Source: Candidatus Methylomirabilis sp. | GTDB taxonomy: Bacteria; Muiribacteriota; Ozemobacteria; Ozemobacterales; Ozemobacteraceae | Assembly: GCA_020722725.1 (NCBI GenBank) | Contig: DYKG01000003.1 | Location: 45,129 to 109,128 of the forward strand | Reading direction: 5' to 3' | Length of the DNA stretch: 64,000 nt | In this document: positions 25,993 to 34,895 of the stretch, piece by piece | Layout: each line of letters begins with the position of its first letter | Position numbering within the stretch: position 1 is the stretch's first letter | Position numbers and translations under genes: made by a program | The notes under the pieces: model-generated | Database searches by the model: none | Told to the model about the DNA's origin: nothing | The model's input: only the letters and a program-made list of their open reading frames with translations

Positions 25993-26559
25993 ATGAAAAA
26001 GTTGCATCTGATGCTGGCTTTCTGCCTGCTGGCGGTTTTCAGTGCCGGCGTTCATGCCATAGATACCGGGAAACTGCTCACCAACCAATGTCGTGCCAAT
26101 CTGAAAATGCTCAATGAGGCGACCGAGAAGTTTCTCAAGGAAAATGAATCGTCGCTGCCGGCCTGGAGTCCTTATAAAAGCGTCAAAGAAATGCTGCTCG
26201 AAATAAAATATCTGCCCAAAGACCCGGAGCCTCCGACCAAGGATTGCAAATATTTTCTGGTGAGCACGAGTTCTCGTGATTATCAATGGTATTGCGATGT
26301 TCATGGGCTTATCGATGGTGATAAATCAATAACTTTCGATTACCACGAACATAAGTTCACGGCTAAAACCAGCTCAAGATACATGAATGTGAGAAAATAC
26401 AAAGATCATGTTCAGAACCTGCTGCGCTGGACTGATTACAAACCAACCCCGATCGAGAAGCTGAAATATCAGTATAACAAAAACCCAACCACTACCATTG
26501 CTCTGGTTGTTTTTGGGGTAATTGCGCTTTTTTTAATTTACCGAAACGTTATTCAATAA
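25993..26559 (+). CDS. Exported protein with a pilin-head-like Cys3His domain and C-terminal TM anchor
   Basis: Sec signal ending VHA; CRANLKMLNEATE..KYLPKDP..CKY..CDVHG; hydrophobic C-terminal helix. Confidence 0.7.
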   Translation: MKKLHLMLAFCLLAVFSAGVHAIDTGKLLTNQCRANLKMLNEATEKFLKENESSLPAWSPYKSVKEMLLEIKYLPKDPEPPTKDCKYFLVSTSSRDYQWYCDVHGLIDGDKSITFDYHEHKFTAKTSSRYMNVRKYKDHVQNLLRWTDYKPTPIEKLKYQYNKNPTTTIALVVFGVIALFLIYRNVIQ

Positions 26560-26561
26560 AA

Positions 26562-27278
26562 TTATTTCAGAATTTCATCAAGGGGCAAACCTGACTCCAC
26601 GGAAAGACGGTCGATCATCTGTTCGACCCAATAGCCTGAATGGCCAAGCCTGCGGGCTTTCATCAGGTTGATTATGGCCCGACCTTTCTGCGATTCCTGA
26701 GCCCAGGCCATCGCCAGGAGCACGTAGGGCCAGCCGCTCTGATGATTTTTGCCTTCAAGCATCTCAATGGTTTTTTCCGGCTGATGCAATGATATGTGAA
26801 TGGCAGCAAGATCATAGATCAGTAACTGATTGACAGGATTGAGATGCCAGGCAAGGCTTAATTCTTCGAAAGCATCGAGATAAGCTCCGCGACCGGCGAG
26901 AATCAACCCCAGAGCATGGTGTGCATCAGAATCAGACGGGCTGTCGGAAACCGCCTGCCTGGCAAAAAATTCGGCGGTATCGAAATCTTCTTCAGTACTT
27001 TCACCCAGCAGTGAAAGGTTGTAATAAATCCGCCCCATCTCAAGGGTAGTAAATGGATTTGCCCCGGAAAGGCTGATCATATTCTCATAATGCTTCCAGG
27101 CCTGGCGCAGCAATTCTTTATTTCCGAGTCTTATTCCTTCATCAATCAATTGTTGCGGATCAATAACCGGGATTCCGCCCTCAATGATGGTAACCGGCAT
27201 GGAATGTGCCTGAGAAAAGGCCAGCAACATGCAGAAACATACCTGAATCAATTTTGCTTTGTTGATAGACATTATCAT
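26562..27278 (-). CDS. Secreted TPR-repeat protein
   Basis: Signal peptide; helical repeats such as AHHALGLILAGRGAYLDAFEELSLAWHLNP. Confidence 0.75.
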   Translation of the reverse strand: MIMSINKAKLIQVCFCMLLAFSQAHSMPVTIIEGGIPVIDPQQLIDEGIRLGNKELLRQAWKHYENMISLSGANPFTTLEMGRIYYNLSLLGESTEEDFDTAEFFARQAVSDSPSDSDAHHALGLILAGRGAYLDAFEELSLAWHLNPVNQLLIYDLAAIHISLHQPEKTIEMLEGKNHQSGWPYVLLAMAWAQESQKGRAIINLMKARRLGHSGYWVEQMIDRLSVESGLPLDEILK

Positions 27279-27345
27279 CCCCCTGATGTTATAAAATACA
27301 TTTAACTAATTCGTATCATGCTGCGGGAATGAAATCCAGAAAAAT

Positions 27346-30300
27346 ATGAACAACGATATAACAGACAAATCTTACAGCTCAGTTCTGCACAAGCCTTCGT
27401 TGTGGCTTTTTCTTTTTGTTTTTTTCGCTGTTCTGCCGGTTTTAATTTACTTTTCCTGCTATGAACTGTTTATCGAAAACGAGTTCACAACCAGCCGGGA
27501 AAAACTTACCCAATATTATCAGAGAGAACTCACTGCTTTTAGAAATCGAGCAACCAACCGCAATATTTTTCTTCAACTTCTGCAAAGTTACCGTGACAAC
27601 TGCCGAAAAAACATACCAGACAAGCCAAATGACAATTCTATTCATCTGACCGAACTTTTGGCTGAACTCCCCTCCAATACCAGTCTGATCAGCTGGAACA
27701 ACAATGGTGAAATTGTTGCAGGCTTTACCCGCATTCACCCATCAGAGAAAATAAGCGAAATCCAGGTCAGACGTTTTGTCGACCTGCTCAATGAATCATA
27801 TTCAGACTTTAACAGTGGAATTGATCTGCAGACATTGCAGCAGACAAGAGATTATGAACTGAAAAACCGGCCTTTTTTCAGCAGTATAAAGCCTCTGATC
27901 GGGCTGAATTTTCCTGCCACCCGCCTTTTTACTCGGCGAAACAGCCTTGAATACGTCACCGATGACCGTTCTGAGGTATTCTTCTTCTGGGATTACTACA
28001 ACGCCAAAGACAACTCGCAGGGCGGTTTTGCCGCAATCATACCTCGACAGAACCTGCCGGCAACCTTCGCTCTTTCGCGGGTTCTTGAAAAAGATCCGAG
28101 TGCCAACCCCGAATTTACCAATGGCCTGTTGGACTCAGCCACGGGAAAAACCAAGCTTTCGTTTCCGCAATTGCAGACAGTAGCAGAAAAGATGATTGCC
28201 GGCTGCCGCAATGATGTGGTTAACCCATACAGCGCGAACGACTGGGTCATTTTTATGCAACCGGTCGCCGAAAGCTCATCGGCCAATCTTTTCAACATGT
28301 TCTCTACCCGCTCTTTGAGAGAAAGCTATGAAAGTTCGATTAAAAGCAGCCAGCTGGTCTGTATTATAATTTTAATTGCCCTCGGGTTTCTGTTTTTCTT
28401 CTTTTTTCGGGTCACTCGTGACCGAGGGCTGTCATTGCGGAAAAAGCTTGTGTGGCTTTTTATTTTATGTATGCAGCTGCCGGTTTCAATTCTTATTTTT
28501 CTGGGCATTCATTTCTCGCTCAGCAAAGAGAGACTTTTAAGCATTGAAGCAGATAGAAAATTGATCGAACTGGTAAGAAAAATTGATTATTCTGCCCAGG
28601 ATCACTACCGATCGCTAACTTCATGGCTGAAAACCCTGCGCGACCTTCCGGAATTAAAGGCGGTCGATAAAGAAAAACTGCACCGAACATTTTATGATTT
28701 TGCCCACAACAACCAGCTGCAGAGTTTTTATCTGGTTGGCATCGACGGCAGCATCGAATTTGACATTGAAAACCTTGAATCAGAGCAGTCAAATCGCCTG
28801 TTCATGAGAGAACTTGGAGTAAAAATCCTTGCAGGCTATGGACAGTCAGAAGAATCGGTCGACAGCGAATCAGTATCGGAAGGATTTCTGGATCAGGTCA
28901 TCACCCGCAAAGGGCAATTGCATCAGATTTTATGGCCGGGTTCCGGTGCGAAAAAATTGATATTCAGCGATGTTGCGAATACTGACAGCGGGCGACCGAT
29001 GGCTTTAATTGCCGTTCTTGACAAACTAACCGTTGACCGTGGCTATCTGAAACAGGCGATTACCAACCAGTATCGCAGCAACCCTGACCATGAAATTCTA
29101 ATTATCAACAGCGAAGATATTTCCGACACCATTCCAAAGCTGTCGCCAACATTCAAAGCGAATCTTTTGCCAATGCTGACTACGGCCAGAATTTCCAGCA
29201 GCATTGAAACAGATCGTATTACCGATGAAAACGACACAATGCTGGTTGCACTCGGCCAGGGTTCCAATATTCCCGATTTTCTCATCGGTGCGCAGGCCAA
29301 TTGGGCAAAAATCATGGAATCGATAAGATATATGTATTTTCTGGTTTCAATCGGCCTGTTTTTCAGCCTGGCCGCTTCAACCTTCATGATTACCGTACTG
29401 CTGCGCGAATTTCTAACACCCATTTCGGTTCTTTCATCCGGGGCAAAATCAATCATCGGCGGCAATCTGGATCTCAATCTGCCGGTATTTGCCCGTGACG
29501 AACTGGGTGAACTTTCTGAGACCTTCAATTTCATGACCCGCCGCCTGAAAAATCGCCTAACCGAGCTGACGGTGCTTTACAACATGACTCAGAAAGCGTC
29601 TACTTCACATAACCAGCGCGAAGTATTCAGTCTGGCAGCCGAGAATCTGGTCAAGCACCTGCACGGTCAAAGCTTCGGCACCGCCTGGATCAACGAAGGC
29701 GAGGGTGAAGAATCGGTTTACCTTGCCGACCATTGTGAAGAAAGTTTTGAAAATGCGGTTCAGTCAGTAGTAAGGAACGCTTTGAGAACCTACAAAATTC
29801 AGCTTGCATTTTCAGAAGCAATTCACAAGCACATTCTGGGCATTCCTCTTTATTTCGAAGAAAAGAAGTTTGGAGCGGTTTACCTGCTGTTTGACGAAGA
29901 TAGATTCAAAAATTCAAGTGGTTTTTCTGAAGATGAAAAGAGTTTCATGGAAACCCTGCGCCATCACCTGTCACTGATCATCGAAAAACAAAGACTTTTC
30001 GAGCAGGCGATCACCGACGGGCTGACCAAACTCTATGTAAGAAGGTTTTTTCTGGCTACTCTTGAGAAAGAGCTTTCCAGATCAAAGCGTTATCAGCTTG
30101 ATGTGGCGGTTCTGCTAATCGACATCGACCATTTTAAAAAATTCAACGACAACTTTGGGCACCAGGCCGGCGACATGGTTCTGCGTGAAACCGCCCAGCG
30201 CCTGACCGAATGCATCAGGTCGGTAGATACCCCCGGGCGATATGGCGGAGAAGAAATGGTTATTCTTTTGCCGCAGACTAATATTAAAGAGGCATTCGTC

Positions 30301-30507
30301 GTCGCCGATCGCATCAAAAAAGCGGTTGAAGGCGCTGAATACAATTACCGCGATTCGGTAATGAGGGTAACAGTATCGATAGGGGTCAGCGCTTTGCATG
30401 GACGCCAGATAACGGTTGAAGAAATTATTGAAGAAGCCGACCGGGCTCTTTACGTTGCCAAGGATAAAGGCAGGAATCAGGTTCGCATTGCCCCGGAAGC
30501 CATGTAG
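27346..30507 (+). CDS. Membrane sensor diguanylate cyclase (4 TM, two periplasmic domains, HAMP, GAF-like, GGDEF)
   Basis: TDGLTKLY, DIDHFKKFNDNFGHQAGD, RSVD I-site and RYGGEE, ADRALYVAKDKGRN; HAMP DELGELSETFNFM. Confidence 0.93.
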   Translation: MNNDITDKSYSSVLHKPSLWLFLFVFFAVLPVLIYFSCYELFIENEFTTSREKLTQYYQRELTAFRNRATNRNIFLQLLQSYRDNCRKNIPDKPNDNSIHLTELLAELPSNTSLISWNNNGEIVAGFTRIHPSEKISEIQVRRFVDLLNESYSDFNSGIDLQTLQQTRDYELKNRPFFSSIKPLIGLNFPATRLFTRRNSLEYVTDDRSEVFFFWDYYNAKDNSQGGFAAIIPRQNLPATFALSRVLEKDPSANPEFTNGLLDSATGKTKLSFPQLQTVAEKMIAGCRNDVVNPYSANDWVIFMQPVAESSSANLFNMFSTRSLRESYESSIKSSQLVCIIILIALGFLFFFFFRVTRDRGLSLRKKLVWLFILCMQLPVSILIFLGIHFSLSKERLLSIEADRKLIELVRKIDYSAQDHYRSLTSWLKTLRDLPELKAVDKEKLHRTFYDFAHNNQLQSFYLVGIDGSIEFDIENLESEQSNRLFMRELGVKILAGYGQSEESVDSESVSEGFLDQVITRKGQLHQILWPGSGAKKLIFSDVANTDSGRPMALIAVLDKLTVDRGYLKQAITNQYRSNPDHEILIINSEDISDTIPKLSPTFKANLLPMLTTARISSSIETDRITDENDTMLVALGQGSNIPDFLIGAQANWAKIMESIRYMYFLVSIGLFFSLAASTFMITVLLREFLTPISVLSSGAKSIIGGNLDLNLPVFARDELGELSETFNFMTRRLKNRLTELTVLYNMTQKASTSHNQREVFSLAAENLVKHLHGQSFGTAWINEGEGEESVYLADHCEESFENAVQSVVRNALRTYKIQLAFSEAIHKHILGIPLYFEEKKFGAVYLLFDEDRFKNSSGFSEDEKSFMETLRHHLSLIIEKQRLFEQAITDGLTKLYVRRFFLATLEKELSRSKRYQLDVAVLLIDIDHFKKFNDNFGHQAGDMVLRETAQRLTECIRSVDTPGRYGGEEMVILLPQTNIKEAFVVADRIKKAVEGAEYNYRDSVMRVTVSIGVSALHGRQITVEEIIEEADRALYVAKDKGRNQVRIAPEAM

Positions 30508-30524
30508 GATACCCATATTAGCAA

Positions 30525-31100
30525 ATGATTTTTTTAAAAAAACAATTGATTGGAATTTCAAAAGGATTCACCCTTGTGGAAATTCTGATTGTTCTTTTTC
30601 TGGTCGGACTTCTTGCTTTGCCTTTTACCAACATGTTCATTTTCGGGGTGCAGGGCAGTCATGACAATTCAGAACACGTGCTCGCCTACAACCTGGCCAG
30701 GGAAAAAGTGGAAGAGATTCGCGGACTGCCATTCGAAATGGTCAAATCCGATTATGAGAATTTTCGCGAGGTGTTTCAAGACCGCCCCGATTTTGACGAA
30801 GCATATTATAAAGAAGAATCTTTTGAAAACTTTTTTTCAGACGTTTTTACCGACAAGGCTCTCGTCGATGACAAGCTTAAAACAAGCTTTACCAGACTGA
30901 AACTCCTTTATCCCAAATGTTATTTGAAAAATCTGAAAACCTACCCTGAAGATTATCGGTTCTTCAGGCGCGTAGTTGTGGTTAAGAAAATTTCAGAATC
31001 CGCAATGCCTTCCAAGCTGAAAAAAATTACGGTGCTGGTCTTTGAAAAAGACGGAAAAAAAATTGCCGAACTAAATACCATGGTGGGTGAACACAAATGA
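30525..31100 (+). CDS. Prepilin-type protein, PilV-like
   Basis: KG|FTLVEILIVLFLVGLL; AYNLAREKVEEIR; FRRVVVV..LKKITVLV. Confidence 0.85.
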   Translation: MIFLKKQLIGISKGFTLVEILIVLFLVGLLALPFTNMFIFGVQGSHDNSEHVLAYNLAREKVEEIRGLPFEMVKSDYENFREVFQDRPDFDEAYYKEESFENFFSDVFTDKALVDDKLKTSFTRLKLLYPKCYLKNLKTYPEDYRFFRRVVVVKKISESAMPSKLKKITVLVFEKDGKKIAELNTMVGEHK

Positions 31101-31723
31101 AAATTCATCAACCCCAAAATGCCTTTACCCTGGTTGAGCTGCTTCTGGGCATGTCTCTTACGATTCTGGTTGGCGGGGTTCTTTACCTGATGCAATCAAC
31201 CGGAATGTCATCGGTTAAAAAGGGCACCACACAGCTGCTGCTGACCTCCGAGATCCGTAACAACATGGAGCGCATGGTGGCCGATATTCGCAACAGTAAA
31301 GAAGTGCTCGAAATTAAACCTGATATGATCAAATTACGAGTTTACAAATATGAACCAGAAAAACCTGAACCGGGTGAAGACGCTCTGGTTACCGTTACAT
31401 ACGAACTGGAGAAAATCGGTCGCCAGACCGTCATGTGGCGAACCGAAAATCGTGAAAATCCGCTTAAGCTAATGGCAATAGAAGAAATCAACGATAAGAT
31501 GTTTTTTCCCTTTTTCGAGTTTTACGACAAGGCCTCACCTACCGGCTGGTCATACTACCCTTACGACATGGTTTCCAATGATTCCGGGCAAAGAAAGCTG
31601 ATCAGCCTGATTCAAATCCGACTGAGTTTCAGGCAACAGACTGAATCGGCAGAACTGGTCACCTCTGCCAACCTCAGGCCTGCGACCTCGAGAATTCGCC
31701 AGCCCAGCTGGAAATCCAGGTAA
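31097..31723 (+). CDS. Prepilin-type protein, PilW-like
   Basis: NA|FTLVELLLGMSLTILVGGVL; MERMVADIRNS; ATGA overlap. Confidence 0.85.
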   Translation: MKIHQPQNAFTLVELLLGMSLTILVGGVLYLMQSTGMSSVKKGTTQLLLTSEIRNNMERMVADIRNSKEVLEIKPDMIKLRVYKYEPEKPEPGEDALVTVTYELEKIGRQTVMWRTENRENPLKLMAIEEINDKMFFPFFEFYDKASPTGWSYYPYDMVSNDSGQRKLISLIQIRLSFRQQTESAELVTSANLRPATSRIRQPSWKSR

Positions 31724-33801
31724 TGTCAATTCCTCTGATTTTTTGTGGCCTGGCAATAATCATTCAAATGATTCTGGGGCTGCTGGTCTTGGTCAGAGAC
31801 TACAGACGCAGCGCCAATATAATCTTCAGCATTCAACTTTTTTTATTTACTCTCTGGAGCATAGCCGAGATAAATCTTCTTATCAGAGGAACCAGCGTTG
31901 AAGCGGTAAAAATGCTGATGGTTCCAGGCATTCTGCTGAGCTATTTTTTCTGCATTTTCAGTGCAGTTTTTCCGGAATTTCAGAAGGATTCGATTATTCT
32001 GAAAAGCCGTCTGAACCAATTTCTGTTTTTTCTTCCCGCCGGGTTTCTTTTATGGTTGTTATGGTCTGATAAGCTGATCAGCGAGTTTTCAGCAATTCCT
32101 CACGGTTTTACCATCAGCTTTGGCCAATATGAATTTCTCGCCAAAGGCATCATTATCGCTTATCTGCTTTTTTCGCTGTTCACCCTTTCCAGCAGCAGAA
32201 AAAAAGCAGAAAACAAAATGCAGATTCGGCGCCTGCGCTACACATTCACCGCAATGCTTCTTCCCATTGCTGCGGGATCATTGATACTTGCGGTTGGCAA
32301 AGTGATAATCGGCGGCAATTCAGCCTATGCCTTTGGCATTTTCCCGCTTTTAAGCATAATCATGAGTTTGATTCTCAGCTATACCATGCTGAAATACAAC
32401 CTGATGGAAATAGACCTGATGTTTTCGATAGGTCTGGTTTACACTCTTCTGACCGCGATCCTGGCCGGAGTAATGGAATTGATGCAGGAATTGATGCAGG
32501 AGTTATTGAAAATTTCAGATTTCTGGACCAAGCTGGTTTCGGTTTTACTGATTGCCGCAGTTTTCTCACCATTGAAAGAGCTTCTGATCAAACTGGTCAA
32601 CCACTTTTTTGGCCGGCAGACCTTTGATTCTGCAAGCGTCATGCAGCATATTCTTGCAGAAATGCGGCACTGCCCGAACCCCGAAAAAATGATGCAGCGC
32701 CTGCTTCAGGAGCTTAAACTGGTTATCGATTTCTCTTCGGGGCAGGTAATACTATCAGACGGAGTTAAGGTCAGTCATGAGAGTGAAAATTGTCATGAAC
32801 TCTACAGTACTTTTGATTTCAACGCTGTTCCTGGAGATATAAACGATATTGAAACCGCCCAGGATTACATGAGAAACGTGAATTTGTCTGAATCAGCGCA
32901 AAAGCTCGGTGAGTTAAAAGAAAAGGGCATCAGGAATTTTTTCAGACTGGCAACCGCAACCCAGAACTACGGTTTGATGCTGCTGGGAACGAAAACCACC
33001 AGAGTGCCGTATACTGAGACCGAAATAAATCTGGTTGACGGAATCTGTCGAGAAATTCCTTTTCTGCTGGAAAACCTGCGAATGATCGAGCGCCTGATCA
33101 AACAAGACCGCAGCGTTCAGGAAATAGAAATGGCAAGAAAAATGCTGCGCGCCATTTCTGCTGACGGCGAGATCCTTGAACTGGGAAATTTCAGCTTTGC
33201 CCGTTTTTCGACGCTCAGCGAAGAGATAAAGGGTGACCTGATCGATTATCGTCCGGGCGAGATGGGTTTTATGGGGATTTATGATGCCTTTCACCATGGA
33301 ATTCAGGCGGTTCTTACACTGAATTTGCTCTTTGCGGCCTTTCGGCCCGGAGATTCGCCAGAGGCGATGCTGGAAAAGGCGAATCTGGTTCTTCTGCATT
33401 TCAGAGAGCAGCAGCTGAATTCGGCTGTCACTCTTTTGCAGGCTGCAGAAAACCATTTAAAGGTTTTTTCAGCCGGCAACCCATCACCCATATTGATAAC
33501 ACCGGGCAATGCCACTTATCTTCTGAGCACGAACGGGCAGCCCCTTGGTCTGACCGAAAAGACCGACTGCCTTCGCTGCCAGTTCTGCCCAAAGAAGCAC
33601 GAATTGCTGCTCATCTCTACCAACGGTCTGTTCAAGGCTTTCACGAATATTGCCGGCATCAGCCTTGAAAGCTATTTAAGATCAGAAAGTTTTGCCAATA
33701 TCGAAGACTGTCGTGATAAAATTGTGGCCAGACTTGGCAAACAAATTTACTCGGGTTTTTCTGACGATATAACATTCTTAGTTGCAGGATTAAAACAATG
33801 A
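31723..33801 (+). CDS. Multi-TM sensor (HisKA_7TM-like) with GAF-like region and degenerate SpoIIE/PP2C domain
   Basis: About 9 hydrophobic helices, YTMLKYNLMEI motif, EIEMAR, KGDLID, DAFHHG, SAGNP, STNG, SDDITF. Confidence 0.75.
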   Translation: MSIPLIFCGLAIIIQMILGLLVLVRDYRRSANIIFSIQLFLFTLWSIAEINLLIRGTSVEAVKMLMVPGILLSYFFCIFSAVFPEFQKDSIILKSRLNQFLFFLPAGFLLWLLWSDKLISEFSAIPHGFTISFGQYEFLAKGIIIAYLLFSLFTLSSSRKKAENKMQIRRLRYTFTAMLLPIAAGSLILAVGKVIIGGNSAYAFGIFPLLSIIMSLILSYTMLKYNLMEIDLMFSIGLVYTLLTAILAGVMELMQELMQELLKISDFWTKLVSVLLIAAVFSPLKELLIKLVNHFFGRQTFDSASVMQHILAEMRHCPNPEKMMQRLLQELKLVIDFSSGQVILSDGVKVSHESENCHELYSTFDFNAVPGDINDIETAQDYMRNVNLSESAQKLGELKEKGIRNFFRLATATQNYGLMLLGTKTTRVPYTETEINLVDGICREIPFLLENLRMIERLIKQDRSVQEIEMARKMLRAISADGEILELGNFSFARFSTLSEEIKGDLIDYRPGEMGFMGIYDAFHHGIQAVLTLNLLFAAFRPGDSPEAMLEKANLVLLHFREQQLNSAVTLLQAAENHLKVFSAGNPSPILITPGNATYLLSTNGQPLGLTEKTDCLRCQFCPKKHELLLISTNGLFKAFTNIAGISLESYLRSESFANIEDCRDKIVARLGKQIYSGFSDDITFLVAGLKQ

Positions 33802-34895
33802 TTTCATCAAGAAGAAACAGCAGATCGATCTCTCTGGGGCCGGTTAAAATCGGCGGGATGGCGCCAATTACGGTGCAGACCATGACCAAAACAGATACCC
33901 GTGACATAGAAACAACCATCGACGAGATCAAACGGCTTGCCAGTGCCGGCTGCGACATTATCAGATCGGCAGTGCCCGATATGCAGGCTGCCCAGGCCCT
34001 GAAAAGCATTTGCAACGCAATTCCCATTCCACTCATCGCTGACATTCATTTCGACCACCATCTGGCACTCGAAGCGATAAAAAGCGGAGTTCACGGTCTG
34101 CGTATCAACCCCGGCAATATCAGGTCTGAAGAAAAAGTTAAAGAAGTCGTCGCGGCCGCAAAAGACCGGCAGATCCCCATACGGGTCGGGGTCAACGCCG
34201 GCTCTCTCGACCCGGAAATAAAACAGCGATATGGCGGGGTTACCGCCCAGGGTCTCGCTGAATCGGCGTTGAACGAAGTCAGGCGCCTCGAAAGATATGG
34301 TTTCGAGCACATAAAAATTGCGGTGAAAGCCTTTGACATCTTTACCATGACCGAAGCGGTCAAAATCGTCGCCAATGCCTGTCCCTACCCGCTTCATCTC
34401 GGGGTAACCGAATCGGGGCTGCCTGACGAAGGCATCGTAAGATCTTCGATCGGTATCGGAGCTTTATTGATGCAGGGTATCGGCGATACCATAAGGGTTT
34501 CGCTGACCGGCGATTCAGCCGATGAAATCATTACCGGCATCAGAATTCTCAAAACCCTCGGACTTCGCGAATCGGGGCCAGTCATTGTAAGTTGCCCGAC
34601 CTGCGGGCGCTGTCAGATCCCCTTGCAGGAAATTGCCCGCGAAGTCAGCCGCCGCCTGAGCCAATTTGCCGAGCCGATTCAAGTCGCAGTAATGGGTTGC
34701 GGGGTAAACGGGCCGGGTGAAGCTCAACAGGCTGATTTCGGCATTGCCGGCGGTCGCGAAACCGGCCTGATCTTCAAAAAGGGAAAAATTGTCGCCACTC
34801 TGCCTTCCGAACAACTGGTTGACGGCCTGATTAGAGAAATTGAAAAAAGTTTTGCTGACCGCGAAACAGGAGGTAAACGCAATGAAAAAATTTGA
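33798..34895 (+). CDS. ispG: 4-hydroxy-3-methylbut-2-en-1-yl diphosphate synthase
   Basis: VQTMT, IADIHFD, LRINPGN, IRVGVNAGSL, PLHLGVTE, GDTIRVSL, CPTCGR, VMGCxVNGPGEA. Confidence 0.97.
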   Translation: MISSRRNSRSISLGPVKIGGMAPITVQTMTKTDTRDIETTIDEIKRLASAGCDIIRSAVPDMQAAQALKSICNAIPIPLIADIHFDHHLALEAIKSGVHGLRINPGNIRSEEKVKEVVAAAKDRQIPIRVGVNAGSLDPEIKQRYGGVTAQGLAESALNEVRRLERYGFEHIKIAVKAFDIFTMTEAVKIVANACPYPLHLGVTESGLPDEGIVRSSIGIGALLMQGIGDTIRVSLTGDSADEIITGIRILKTLGLRESGPVIVSCPTCGRCQIPLQEIAREVSRRLSQFAEPIQVAVMGCGVNGPGEAQQADFGIAGGRETGLIFKKGKIVATLPSEQLVDGLIREIEKSFADRETGGKRNEKI

